DNA from: Octopus sinensis
Taxonomy: Eukaryota
Reading direction: 5' to 3'
NCBI RefSeq assembly: GCF_006345805.1
Contig: NC_043004.1
Coordinates: 10,168,001 to 10,232,000, forward strand
DNA: 64,000 nt
Shown in pieces: positions 1 to 13,137 of this stretch. The notes beneath the pieces are model-generated. The model saw only the letters and a list, made by a program, of their open reading frames with translations. It did no database searches and had not been told where the DNA came from. The position numbers were made by a program, and so were the translations under genes. Numbering within the stretch: position 1 is the stretch's first letter; each line of letters starts with the position of its first letter.

Positions 1-27
1 TTATTATTATTATTATTATTATTATTA

Positions 28-1597
28 TGTTTTTCCCTTCTTTCTTCAAATTTTCTTCTGTTCCTCGCCGAGTGTTTTCCATACACCTAGGGCAGAGAAG
101 CTCATTGTATGTATTCCCAGACTGCACAAGCAAATTCACAGATGAAATATGTATTTAAAAATTAATAAATAAATAAATTCATGGATGGATGTTGTTTTCA
201 CAGCGATAATGCTTTTCTTAGTACATGATCCGTTCCAGTTAATACGATTTTTTGCACTTCCTGTAGGGATGATAAGCCTGGAATCATTTTCAGATAGGTT
301 TCAGTACCCTTTTTTTATCATTCCTAGAGATCCTACAATCACTGGTACTGTAGTCACCTTGAGATGCCACATTTTTTCAATTTCTATTAGCAGGTCTTTA
401 TATTTACTAATCTTGTCAAATTCTTTCGCCGCTATATTGTGATCGCAAGGGATACTCATGTCAATTAATAAACACGTCTTTTTTGTCTGATCTTTTATAA
501 TAATATCCGGTTTATTAGCTTTTATAATATTGTCGGTCTGTACGGGGAAGTCCCATAGAATCGACACATTTTCTCCCTCAGTCACAGCTTCAGGATGGTG
601 TTTATACCATTTGTTAGCGGTTTTGATTTTATAATACCGACATATTGTCCAATGTAAATACTGGCCGACTCTGTCATGTCTTGCTTTATATTCTGCAGGT
701 GCTAAGACTCTACACCCTGAGATTAGGTGGTCTATTGTTTCAATCTCATCGTTACAGAATCGTCATTTTGGGTCAGCTCCATTTTTTTATCACATTGGCT
801 TGGTAGTTCCGGGTTAATAAGCTTTGGTCTTGAGAAGCTAATATGAAACCTTCACTCTCTGCTTTTAGCCCTGAGCTTCGTAACCATTGGTGCGTGTGTT
901 TCTGGTCGACATCAGCTTGTTTGCTACGGGCCACTTCCCATCTGCTAGCTAAATTTCCATGTGCTTTTGTCTTTGCAATTAATTTTATTTTCTTTGCAGC
1001 AGCAGTTGGCGCATTTTCTTCAGCCTGATCAATCTGGTGGGTATCTAAGAGATCAGCAGCGAATTTTTTGCTCTCTTTGAGAATAGAGTGAAGTCTTTTC
1101 AGTCTTTCATGTTTTTCAACAAGTTTTAGCATCCAATCGTTGGTTGCTTCAAGGTATTTGGCCAGTCCGATTGTGGTGGTTTTGTATGTAAGTTCAAGCT
1201 GGATCAAACCTCGACCTCCCTGGCCTCTGGGAAGGTAAAGGCGATCCACGTCTGCCTTTGGATGGTGCATCTTATTACAAGTCAGTAGCTTGCGATTTTT
1301 CTGTCAGTTTTCATTATTTCACTGGTATTCCAGTTAAGCACATTGAAGCTATAAAGAACAACTGGTACTGCTAAGGAATTTATGGCTAAAAGGACTGCTC
1401 GAACTCTTCTATAACATTCTTTCCTAAACTTCTCTTTAATGCTTGCATGCTGGATACCAGAGCCTTCATTTATTCCTAGGTATTTATAGGTTTCTTCCTG
1501 CTCAAGTTCCTTTATTACTGTTTCGACATCTAATTCGATTGAACTAGACTTTACCAATTTCCCTTTCTTAAAAGTGGCTTTGGCACACTTTTGGTAC
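28..1597 (-). mobile_element. 5'-truncated, frameshifted R4/Dong-clade non-LTR retrotransposon (RT C-terminal region, CCHC knuckle, restriction-like endonuclease, 3' UTR) in (TAA)n
   Basis: Minus ORFs 1282-1557 (TYKYLG), 773-1270 (HHPKADVDRLYL..GGRGL) and 301-585 (ILWD..KPDII..LIDMSIP..K..KY, PD-(D/E)xK). Knuckle DPK*RFC..IDHLISGC and RHD near 670-775. TTA arrays on both sides. Confidence 0.9.
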
Positions 1598-2455
<858 letters not shown>

Positions 2456-2457
2456 AA

Positions 2458-2955
2458 TAAGGCGGTGAGCTGGCAGAATCGTTAGCACGCTGTACAAAAT
2501 GCTTAGCAATATTTCACCTATCACTACAAATATATGAAAAGACAATGCTCATTATTATATTAGGAGATTATACATACATTTTAACACTTTATAGTATACT
2601 TACATATATACATAATTCTCTATATCGATCTAAAACAACAGGATTACCAAAGGAGGACCGGAATTTAAGACCACGATACAGTATGCATTTCATTATAATT
2701 ATAATTTTTCTGTTCAATTATGTTTCTCTACCAAAGTTCCTGTTGCATTTCAACCAGTGTTTCCAAAACGTTTACGTAGTGACTCCTAATTTCGTCAACC
2801 GCAACGTTCTGAGTTCAAATTCCGCCGAGGACGACCTTACCTGTCATCTTATCGAGATCGATAAAATAAGTACCAGTGAAATACTGAGGTCGATGTAATC
2901 GACTAGTCCCCTCCCGCAAAATTTCAGGCCTTGTACCTATAGTAGAAAGGATTAC
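2458..2955 (+). mobile_element. SINE family A (head AAGGCGGTGAGCTGGCAGAATCGTTAGCAC), interrupted by a ~260-bp insert
   Basis: Head at 2458. The body resumes near 2790 (CGTTCTGAGTTCAAATTCCGCCGAGG..GATAAAATAAGTACCAG). Other copies at ~3470-3660(+), 8750-9200(-, two), 24690-24895(-), 48035-48210(-) and 57930-58140(-). Confidence 0.85.
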
Positions 2956-2959
2956 TGCT

Positions 2960-3135
2960 GTGAAGGCGCAATGGCCCAGTGGTTAGGGTTGCAGACTCGC
3001 AGTCGTAAGAACGCGGTTTCGATTCCCAGACCGGGCATTGTGAGTGTTTATTGAGCAAAAACACCGAAGCTCCATGTTTTCCGGCGGGGAGGGGTGGTGA
3101 GCCCCGCTGTACTCTTTCACCACAACTTTCTCTCA
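2960..3135 (+). mobile_element. tRNA-derived SINE family C, 5' part
   Basis: A box TGGCCCAGTGG and B-box-like GGTTTCGATTCCC; homologous to the minus-strand copy at 20755-21025. Confidence 0.75.
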
Positions 3136-3959
3136 CTCTTTCTTCCTACTTCTGTCACAAAGCAGAGGAACCATGGTGTAATCCACTATGGTGGGGTAAA
3201 CTTTCAGACCCTAATCTAGATTGCGAATCCTCTGTACCCGAGGATAGTTCAGCTCTCCACATGTTAAGAGCCACATATACGGAATGAGGATAACAACGTA
3301 GCTTTCACGCCCGTGCAACCGTCAGTCTATCGCATGTGGTGGGTTGATTTTCAAGTTGCCACACGCATTCTTAGTAGCTTTAGAGTAGGCTCGAATTAGA
3401 GATTATTCTTTGTGGCTAATGTCGTGAGTCCTGATTGGAAGAAGAAGAAGAAGAAGATTATTACTACTGTTAAGGTGGCGAGCTGGCAGAATCGTTAGCA
3501 CGCCGGACTAAATACTTAGTGGAATATCTTCTGGGCTTACGTTCTGAGTTCAAGTTCAGCCGAGGCCAACCTTGCCTGTCATCCTTTTGGGCCCGATAAA
3601 ATAAGTACCACTCGAGCACTGGGGTCGAAATTCAAACCTTGTTCCTATATTCGAAAGGATTTTATATTTTGTTGTTGCTGTACTCAAACTTGGCTTCTTT
3701 TTCAGTACCATTTTCGCTGACGTTGCCATCGATTAATCTGCAGGCTTCTTCATCACCATAACTCTTGTTGATGTCGTAGCTGCCGTTTTCCAGTATTTGT
3801 TTAAATTAGTTAAATTTGTCATCAAGCATGACCAGAATAATTTTTACCTGTCTCTCTTTCCTATGAACAAAACAAAAGTTTTTTTTTCTGTCTCTTTCTC
3901 TCTATCTCCAAATATACACACATATATACATATAATATTTATTTTATATATATATATAT

Positions 3960-4053
<94 letters not shown>

Positions 4054-4102
4054 GTATGTGTGTGTCTATAAGTACATATTTTGATATCTATCTATCTGTC
4101 TG

Positions 4103-4169
<67 letters not shown>

Positions 4170-4392
4170 GTTTATATGTCTATCTGCATACATACATGCA
4201 CACACATATACATATATAGCAATACGACTCTTTTGGTTGTGTACAGAATAGAATATCAATAATAATAATAATGGTGTCTGTCAGAAGAAATGATAGAAGT
4301 GTTCCTGAGTTTATTAACGTTTCCAAGATAATGAAACAAAATGGACTGAATTGAACATAATATGAAATGAAATAAATTAATATTTAATATGT

Positions 4393-6804
4393 TAGTTAGT
4401 TAGTTAATTTGGCTCAAAAGCAAATAGCAAGGCCATGTAGGGGGACATGGAGTTAAGTACAGGGTGGTGTTCATGTAAAGAGTTCAGGCCACTTGAGGTC
4501 CAGGGAGGCTTTGAACAAAGCGGTCGTCGGCATCTTCACCATCTCGTCTGGCAGCTTGTTCCACGGATCCGCAACCCGGACGGAGAAAGCTCCTCTCCTT
4601 CGATTGAGATGAAATCGTCGCAGGTAGAGCTTTTCGGAATGACCCCGTAGCCGACGCTCCGGAGCAGGAGTGAAGAACAGCTCTTTCGAGAGGTTACACT
4701 TCCCGCTTATGATGTTGTGGGCGAGAATGAGATCACCACGGCGGCGGCGTTTTTCAAGAGAATAAAGGTCGAGCGTCCTCAGCCTTTCTTCGTAGGACAA
4801 ATTTTTGAGACCATGAACCATGCGGGTAGCCAGCTTCTGGACTCTTTCGAGATGCTGTATGTCTTTGAGGAGATAAGGAGAAGAGGCTTGAATCCCATAC
4901 TCCAATATGGGTCTCACCAGCGTGACATAGAGTGGTAGGAATATGGCTGCTGTGAGCATTCCGAATGACCGTCGAATCAAAAACAGAATTCCGCGCGCTT
5001 TGTTGGCAGCATGGACGCACTGGGCCGAAGGCGAAAAGGAGGAATCCACCAAGATACCCAGGTCCTTTACCTGATCGGTCCTCTCCAGCAGCAGACGACC
5101 CGGCTCGAAATCAAGTTGAGTTGCAGGAGTAGAGCCGACAGGCAGATGACAGCACTTTGACACGTTCAGACACAGGTCCCAATCGTTAGACCACTTCCAA
5201 ATTTGCTGGAGGCATCGACGAAGATCCTCTATACTACCGCGAGGAGCGACCAGTTTGATATCGTCGGCAAATAAAGGGTGTGTTGCGTGAGGTCGTCGGG
5301 CAAGTCATTTATGAAGACTAAGAACAACAAGGGCCCAAGCACTGAACCTTGAGGCACGCCACTGCTCGCACTGGAGACGTCGGACCGCGAACCATTACTT
5401 GAACTTGGAAGGAGCGATCTGAGAGGAAGGCATCAACCCATCGTACAATATCCGGATGGAAACTATATGCTTGAAGCTTGACAAGTAGTAGGCGGTGGTT
5501 TACCGAGTCAAAAGCTTTGGCAAAGTCCAATAAAACGATGTCAACAGCATCACTATCATCGAGGATGCGCGTCACCAATTCTTCCATTACTAGTAAGTTG
5601 GTCAAGCATGATCTCTTCGGCACGAAGCCGTGTTGGGAATCAGTGATCGAGGCTGTGTTTAGGAGGTGGAGCATCATACTTTTCTTAAGGATGGTTTCGG
5701 ACATCTTGCTGATTATTGATGTAAGGGAAACCGGTCGGTAGTTAAGCGGTCTTCGCGGCTCCCTTTCTTGAAGAATTGGGCAGATTATCGCTGTTCTCCA
5801 GTCTGCAGGTATAACACCCGTCGCCAATGACATATTGAATAGTCGTGTAAGGGCTCGCAGATGACCGGAGCCAACGCTTTGATAACCCGTGGGTGTATGC
5901 CGTCAGGGCCGTGACCCTTGTTGACATCGACGCCTTGAATAACACGTTTGACTTCGTCCCGCGTGATGACCAATCGAAGCATTGGAGGTACCGATCTATC
6001 AAATGGAGGGGGTTCACGACCATCATCTTGTTTGAAAATAGTTGAAAAAGCCTCGGCAAATAATTGACTCTGTTGATAAGGGTCCTCAATCGATACGCCT
6101 GTTGAGTCTACCAACGTTGCAATCTGGTTGTTCAAGCGGGAATTCCGCTGGACATGGGCAAAGAAGGTTTTGGATTGCTACTGGCTTTGCCGCGATTTTG
6201 TATTCATAACTGAAGCGTTCTTTCTTTTCAATTTTCACGGCTCGGTCTCGTTGAGTTTTGTACACCTCAAAAGCTGCAGTCGAATCCAGATTTTTGAATT
6301 CAGCCCAAGCAATATCTCTGAGTCGACGTTCTCGTTTAACCTTCCTCGTCACCCAGGGCTTGTGTTTCTTCCTCTTGGGAAGCCCAACGGGAACTGCCTG
6401 GTCAGTCAAACAGATTACATATGCTTTGAGGGATGACCATAGTTCGTCAACTGAGGACAACGTCATCAGGGATCGCCAGTCCAGAAGCGCGGAAGCCTCG
6501 GTTAGAATTTCAAGATTAATTGCAGAGAAGACTTTACGTGGCAGCGAAGTAATCGTGGGCGTAGAAAAAGTTGTGTGCATGACGAACTTCAGGACCGCAT
6601 GATCACTCTTGGCAAGAGGGGCGCACACAGATACGTCTGACACTGATCTTGGATAGCGGGAGAATACCAGATCTAGCATAGATGGCTGCTGCCCAGACCG
6701 ATGCCTTGTCGGATATTCAACATGTTGCGATAGAAAACAATCTTCAGCCACGTCAAGAAGGGCCTGGCCGAACCGGGAAGATGTTGTACAAATTGATGCG
6801 GGCC
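4393..6804 (-). mobile_element. 5'-truncated CR1/L2-group LINE ORF2 (end of APE endonuclease plus RT), frameshifted, with (TAAC)n tail
   Basis: ORFs 6086-6751 (LDLVF..SDH), 5785-6135 (GPDGIHP), 5318-5833 (NYRPVSLTS, QHGF, DFAKAFDSV) and 4471-5163 (KDLG, RRRRGDLI, WNKLP); FADDIKL at ~5252-5272. AATATGT at 4386-4392 and 6805-6811 is a candidate TSD. Confidence 0.93.
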
Positions 6805-7088
6805 AATATGTATGCTTTAAGGTTGAAGATTAAGGCATAATTCCTTCATTTCTTGCAGCTATTTAAAAAAAGTATTACTACTAATGAAGGCAGCAAGACG
6901 GCAGAAGCGTTTGCACGGGGGACATAAATGCTCAACGGCATTTCTTCTGCCGGAAGAGGACGCTTCATGTCACACGTATCTGTGGAATACTCAGCCACTT
7001 GCAAATTAATTAATTAATTAAGAAGGCCATTCAACATAGTCGAACAAATAAGTCCTCAACATCGCAATTGACGGAAATCCATCCTCCG

Positions 7089-7181
<93 letters not shown>

Positions 7182-7184
7182 TTA

Positions 7185-7450
7185 ATAATATCAGGGTAAT
7201 AAAGATTTTAGAAATGATTACTACCAGTGCCTAACGTATAGAAAAATAGTAAATATACTATATATTATTCATATAAAATACTCTGTACATTTAAACGCAT
7301 TAAGAGGTTTCCATCATAGGAATCCCTTACGCTAGAAAGAACAGCTAAAGTCCAAACCAATAATTAGGATAAATTCTCGAAGGGAATGCAAATAAAAACA
7401 TTTACCATCTGATGGTAAATGTTTTTATTTTTCATTCCCTTGTACACTGC
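7185..7450. mobile_element. Short element in (TA)n ending in a 60-bp fold-back palindrome (Penelope-like remnant?)
   Basis: 7381-7409 and 7411-7440 are near-perfect inverted repeats; TA arrays on both sides. Confidence 0.45.
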
Positions 7451-7476
7451 ATTATATATATTATATATATATATAT

Positions 7477-7585
<109 letters not shown>

Positions 7586-7587
7586 AT

Positions 7588-7970
7588 AAAGAAAAATAGT
7601 AAAGAAAAATAAGTTGGCTAGCAGCAGCTGTTTCGCCTCATACCGAAGGAATTAGAAATGGCAGTCAAAGACCGTTTTTTCCATTTCTATAAGTGGAGAT
7701 TCCAAAAACGAAGGCCCTTGGGGCTCACATACACAAAACCGGAGTGGCAAATATACGAATTCAGTCACTTACCGTTAATAGCGAACACGGTGTTTCTGGA
7801 TCACAAACATATAAAAAAAGGGGAGTTTGAATTCCGTCATCAGCGCTATATTCGACAGCTTTATCAAATGCCACCAGCCCTCACTTCTGACCCAGCGACA
7901 TCAGATAGTGGGGGGAAGTGCGCAGATGTTAAAACCAAGTAACGACTGGGAACGTAAATTTTCCCTCCAA
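7588..7970. mobile_element. (TA)n-embedded repeat related to 41598-42260
   Basis: Shares TTAGAAAT(G/A)GCAG, CCAGCGACATC and TTTCCCTCCAA, in the same order, with the 41.6-42.0 kb element. Confidence 0.5.
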
Positions 7971-8011
7971 TATATATATATATATAGATAGATAGATAGA
8001 TATACATGTGC

Positions 8012-8101
<90 letters not shown>

Positions 8102-8148
8102 GCATACATACATACATACATACATACATACATACATACATACGTATA

Positions 8149-8360
8149 TACGAGGCGGTGCTAAAAAAGTTCCTGGTTTTGGGTAAAAGAAAGACAGGAG
8201 GATCAGTTAATTTTATTAAACATATTCCCCTCAGATTCGCATTCTCATTGCAGTAATCATTCAGTTTTTCTTAGCTCTGTGAAAGAACTTGGAAAGTTGG
8301 GTCTCCAAACAGGCCTTCACGCTACCCTTAAAACCAGGAACTTTTCAACACTCACTTCTG
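8149..8360. mobile_element. Mariner-like MITE
   Basis: Left end TA-CGAGGCGGTGCTAAAAAAGTTCCTGGTTTT; right end AAAACCAGGAACTTTTCAACACTCACTTC (degenerate TIR). Confidence 0.6.
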
Positions 8361-8376
8361 TGTGTCTGTGTGTGTC

Positions 8377-8410
<34 letters not shown>

Positions 8411-8561
8411 CATATATACGAAAATCATAGTCGTCAAGTAAACTTGACTAAGGGTGTGAATGACACATTCATTGCTAGAAATAGGAGCTAAAATGCTCCA
8501 ATGCTATTGCAAAGCATATACTCTGATAGGGGCTGCAATTGCCCCGAGAGAAAGAGAGAGT

Positions 8562-8593
<32 letters not shown>

Positions 8594-9334
8594 GGGAGAG
8601 AGAGAGGGAGGGAGAGAGAGAGAAAGAGATAGAGGGAGGGAGAGAGAGACAAAGAGAGAGAGGAAGAGAGAGAGATGAAGAGAGAGAGAGAGAGACATGA
8701 AGAGAAAGAGAGATAAAGAGAGAGCGAGGGAGAGACAGACAGACAGAAAATGTTGGTTTTAAATTTTGGCACAAGGTCAAGAATTTCGGGGACGGGAAAA
8801 TCCTTTCTACTCTAGGCACAAGATCTGAAATTTGAGCGGGGGGTGGGGAGCAGTCGATTTGATCGACTTCAGTACACAACTGGTACTTGTTTTATCGACC
8901 CCGAAAGGATGTAAGGCAAAGTCGACCTCGACAGAATTTGAACTAAGAACGTAGCCATGGGCGAAATACCGCTAAGCATTTCGTCCAGCGTGCTAACGAT
9001 TCGGCCGGCTCGGTTCCTTGGGGTCGGGATAATTCGATTACACCAACTCCAGTGCTCAACTAGTACTTATTTTATCGACCATCGAAAGGTTGAAAAGTAA
9101 AGTGGACGTCGGCGGAATTTGAACTCAGAACGTAAAGACGGGTGGAATGCTGCTAAGCATATTGTCTGGCCTGTTAACGATTCTGCCATTTCACCCGCCT
9201 TAACACAGAAAGATAATATTACTTGGAAAATTCAAAGATCGTTTTGCTTTAAATAAAATGATGTTACACACTTCTCGATTCAATTCTAATCGATAGTGAG
9301 ATAAGAACTTCTGGTGGAATACCGTCTACCTTAT

Positions 9335-10095
9335 ACTTGTTTCAGTCATTAGACTGCGGCCATGCTGGGGCACCGCCTTGTAGAAATTTTAGTAGAATGT
9401 ATCAACCCCAGTACTTATCTTATTTTATAGAATGGTGCTTGTTCTATCAGTCCATTTTGCCGAACCGCTAGCATACGGGGACATAAATACACCATCACCA
9501 GTTGTCAAGCGGTGATGGTAGGGCAAACACACACACACGCACACACACACGATGGGCATCTTTCAGTTTCTTATTTCTTTATTGCCCACAAGGGGCTAAA
9601 CATCGACCCCAGTGCGTAACTGGTACTAAATTTATCGACTCCGAAAGGATGAAATGCAAAGTCGACCTCGGCGGAATTTGAACTCAGAACGTAGCGGCAA
9701 ACGAAATACCTATTTCTTTACTACCCACAAGGGCTAAACACAGAGGGAACAAACAAGGACAGACAAAGGGATTAAGTCGATTACATCGACCCCAGTGCGT
9801 AACTGGTACTTTATTTATCGACTCCGAAAGGATGAAAGGCAAAGTCGACCTCGGCGGAATTTGAACTCAGAACGTAACGGCAGACGAAATACGGCTACGC
9901 ATTTCGTCCGGCGCGCTAACGTTTCTGCTAGCTAGCCGCCTTCCTTTAGTTTCTGTCTACCAAATTCCACTCACAAGGTTTTGGTCGGCCCAAGGCTATA
10001 ATATAATAGATAACACTTACCCAAAGTGCCACGCAATAGGACTGAACTCCGAACCATGTGGTTGGGGACAAGTTTCTTACCACACAGCCAAGCGT
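9335..10095 (-). mobile_element. CORE-type tRNA SINE (family B) with a nested family-A concatemer
   Basis: tRNA-like head near 10090, GGCACTTTGGGTAAGTGT core, tail GGCGGTGCCCCAGCATGGCCGCAGTC..GACTGAAACAAG. Split at TTTCAGTTTC (9561-9570) / CTTTAGTTTC (~9944-9953). Confidence 0.85.
9571..9942 (-). mobile_element. Family-A SINE dimer with the young tail
   Basis: One head at ~9942, internal junction at 9709/9710, and a terminal tail GGGCAATAAAGAAATAA ending at 9571. Confidence 0.85.
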
Positions 10096-10390
10096 TCGCC
10101 AGTTGTGTACGTGGAAGAAGCTCGACCGTTTCCTGTACTTTTGATGATTATAAGGGAGGAAAGAATAAATGATATTGTAGCACGGGTGGGTTTGATGCTG
10201 TCAAAACACATAAACACATAAATGCTAGTGTTTGAAAAGAATATGTGAGAAGCAAGGCAAGCAGTCCTTCAAACACCAGACTTTTTCCTGTATATTACTT
10301 ACAAAACACAAACATATACCTCTACGACTCTCCGTCTCTCTCTCTCTCTCACTCTCTTCTCTCTCTCTCTCTCTCTCTCTGTACGTATGC

Positions 10391-10474
<84 letters not shown>

Positions 10475-10486
10475 CATATATATTAT

Positions 10487-10531
<45 letters not shown>

Positions 10532-10543
10532 CACACAAACATG

Positions 10544-10580
<37 letters not shown>

Positions 10581-10713
10581 GTATATAAACAAATAAATAT
10601 ATACATATTTATACACATGTGTTTAATTTACACACGTATATTTGTGTATACATGTATAATTTATACGTACACACATGCATAAACTCACATACACACACAC
10701 ACACACACACACA

Positions 10714-10776
<63 letters not shown>

Positions 10777-10878
10777 ATGGCAAATGAAGCGAAAAGAACA
10801 TTTTGAGTCAAAACTTAAACAGACCATACAAGGAAACTAGCTGCCTTATTAAGAAGAATCTCTCTATCTCTCTGCTTT

Positions 10879-10955
<77 letters not shown>

Positions 10956-11157
10956 TATATTCAATCAATCCATCAAATATATTACTTTACCAGAAAGCTG
11001 TTTACTTACATCTTACACCCATCCCCGCACACAGGCACAAACACACACACACCATACACATACACAAAGTAACCCCTCCACCAAAAAAATACAGGCACAA
11101 ATACATGCGCAAACACACGTACAAACACACATATATAATCATGCATATATATACAGA

Positions 11158-11224
<67 letters not shown>

Positions 11225-11243
11225 ATATCTATCTATCAAGTAA

Positions 11244-11319
<76 letters not shown>

Positions 11320-11553
11320 ATATATTTGCCACGGTCAAATATATTTTAGGTACATGCTTTGGTAAATGAAGCGAATAAAACTGTTTGAGTTAAGAGCTAA
11401 GCAGACGACACAAGAAAACTACATGCGTTATTAAGAGAGAGACGAAGAAAATAAAAAAATGATAAAAAAATACGTTGCGCAGACTGTTTGAACCGTGACG
11501 AACAGTCAGCTGTCACAAGGGAGAGAAACGGAAATGGAAAAAGGGAGGAAGAA

Positions 11554-11602
<49 letters not shown>

Positions 11603-12179
11603 TGGGAGAGAGAGATAGAGAGTGATGGAAAATAGCCAAACATAGTAAAACGTATGAAGACGAAGAATATTCTTAATAAGTTAAAATGGCTGATAAAATG
11701 GATTGAGTGAAATGGACAGAGACGGATTTGAACTTTGTAACAGACTGGGTCCCCAAAGTGCGTTGGAAAGAAAAAAGCGAACAGAAGTAAGTTTGCTTAG
11801 AATTGATAAAAAAAAAAAAAATAGCGAAAAGATATTGGAATAAAAAAATGGAAAAATAACCAGATTACCAAAGTGTTTTACGGTAGGGTAACTGCATTTT
11901 ATCATATTTTTGAAAATGATAAATTGAGAGAAGAAAAATTATTTTCTTTCTCACCCGCCGTTTTGTCTTATGCTCAGTCGTGTAATTGTTTTATTTTAAT
12001 GTCGTCTTTTATAGAGGTAATCTTATATATTGTTTGTTAGAGACGGTTGACATCTTTCGCTTGCAACGATTGTTCTTTATCTTGCTCTGACAGAAATGAA
12101 ATAGGAAATATTCTGTTTTTATTGTTTTCCATCTTAACAGTCCCGGCGGCCATTTGAAAGTTTTTTTTTTTTGTAGGAA

Positions 12180-12880
12180 CCCACCCATCCATCTATTCAT
12201 CCATCCATCCATCCATCCATCCATCCATCCATCCATCCATCCATCACATGCATACACATATGTATGTATGTATGCATGTTTGTATGCACGTATGTAAGTA
12301 TGTATGTATGTATGTATGTATGTATGTATGTATGTATGTATGTATGTATGTATGTATGTATGTATGCATGTATGCGTGCATGTATGTATGTGTGTATGCA
12401 TGCATACATGTATGTATGTGTGTATGTATGTATAAATGTACGTATGTACGTATGCATGTTTGTATGCATGTATGTATGTACGCGTGCATGTATGTGTGTA
12501 TTCATGTATACATATATATGTGTGCATGTATGTATGAAAGTGCGGACGTTCGCATGCATGTATGTATGTACGCGTGCATGTATGTATGTGTGTATGCATG
12601 CGTACATGTATGTATGTGCGTGTATGTATGTCCGCACGTATGTATTATGTACGTACGTACATATGTTTGTTTTTATGCATGTGTATATGTATGTATGTAT
12701 TTATGTATGTGTTCTCTTTCTCTTTTTAATTATTTTGACATCGGTCTCAATTTGGTCAACTTCATTTGTAGGTATTTTCTTTTTGTTATCCTGTTCCAGA
12801 CCGCTCTGGCCATGTGTGTATGTATGTATGTATGTATGTATGTATGTATGTATGTATGTATGTATGTATGTATTATGTAT
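12180..12880. repeat. (CCAT)n plus degenerate (ATGT)n microsatellite block
   Basis: Direct inspection; a ~105-bp non-repetitive insert lies at ~12710-12815. Confidence 0.95.
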
Positions 12881-13137
12881 GTCATTGTTCAATTTATTTG
12901 AAGATTTCTTGCCAGTCGGTTTTTAATCTAGATTCAAGGCTCCTTCCTTGGAATTTCAACGGCATCAACAGACTAGTTTTGTATGTATGTATGTATGTAT
13001 GTATGTATGTATGTATGTATGTATGTATGTATGTATGTATGTATGTGTGTATGTATGGGTTTGTATGTTTTGTTTTATGTGTGTATTCTGATGCATATCT
13101 ATAGTTGCATATCTAGACATGCTCATATATATTTAAA
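12881..13137 (-). mobile_element. 3' UTR of a (TACA)n-associated RLE LINE, split from its ORF end by the Helitron
   Basis: Colinear with 30190-30392 (GTCATTGTTCAATTT..ATAGTTGCATATCTAGACATGCTCATATATATTTAAA). Confidence 0.85.

Noticed and set aside
2960-3035. Functional tRNA genes (also ~20960-21025, 36218-36291 and 63085-63160)
   Set aside because: The acceptor stems do not close and each runs into a repeated SINE body.
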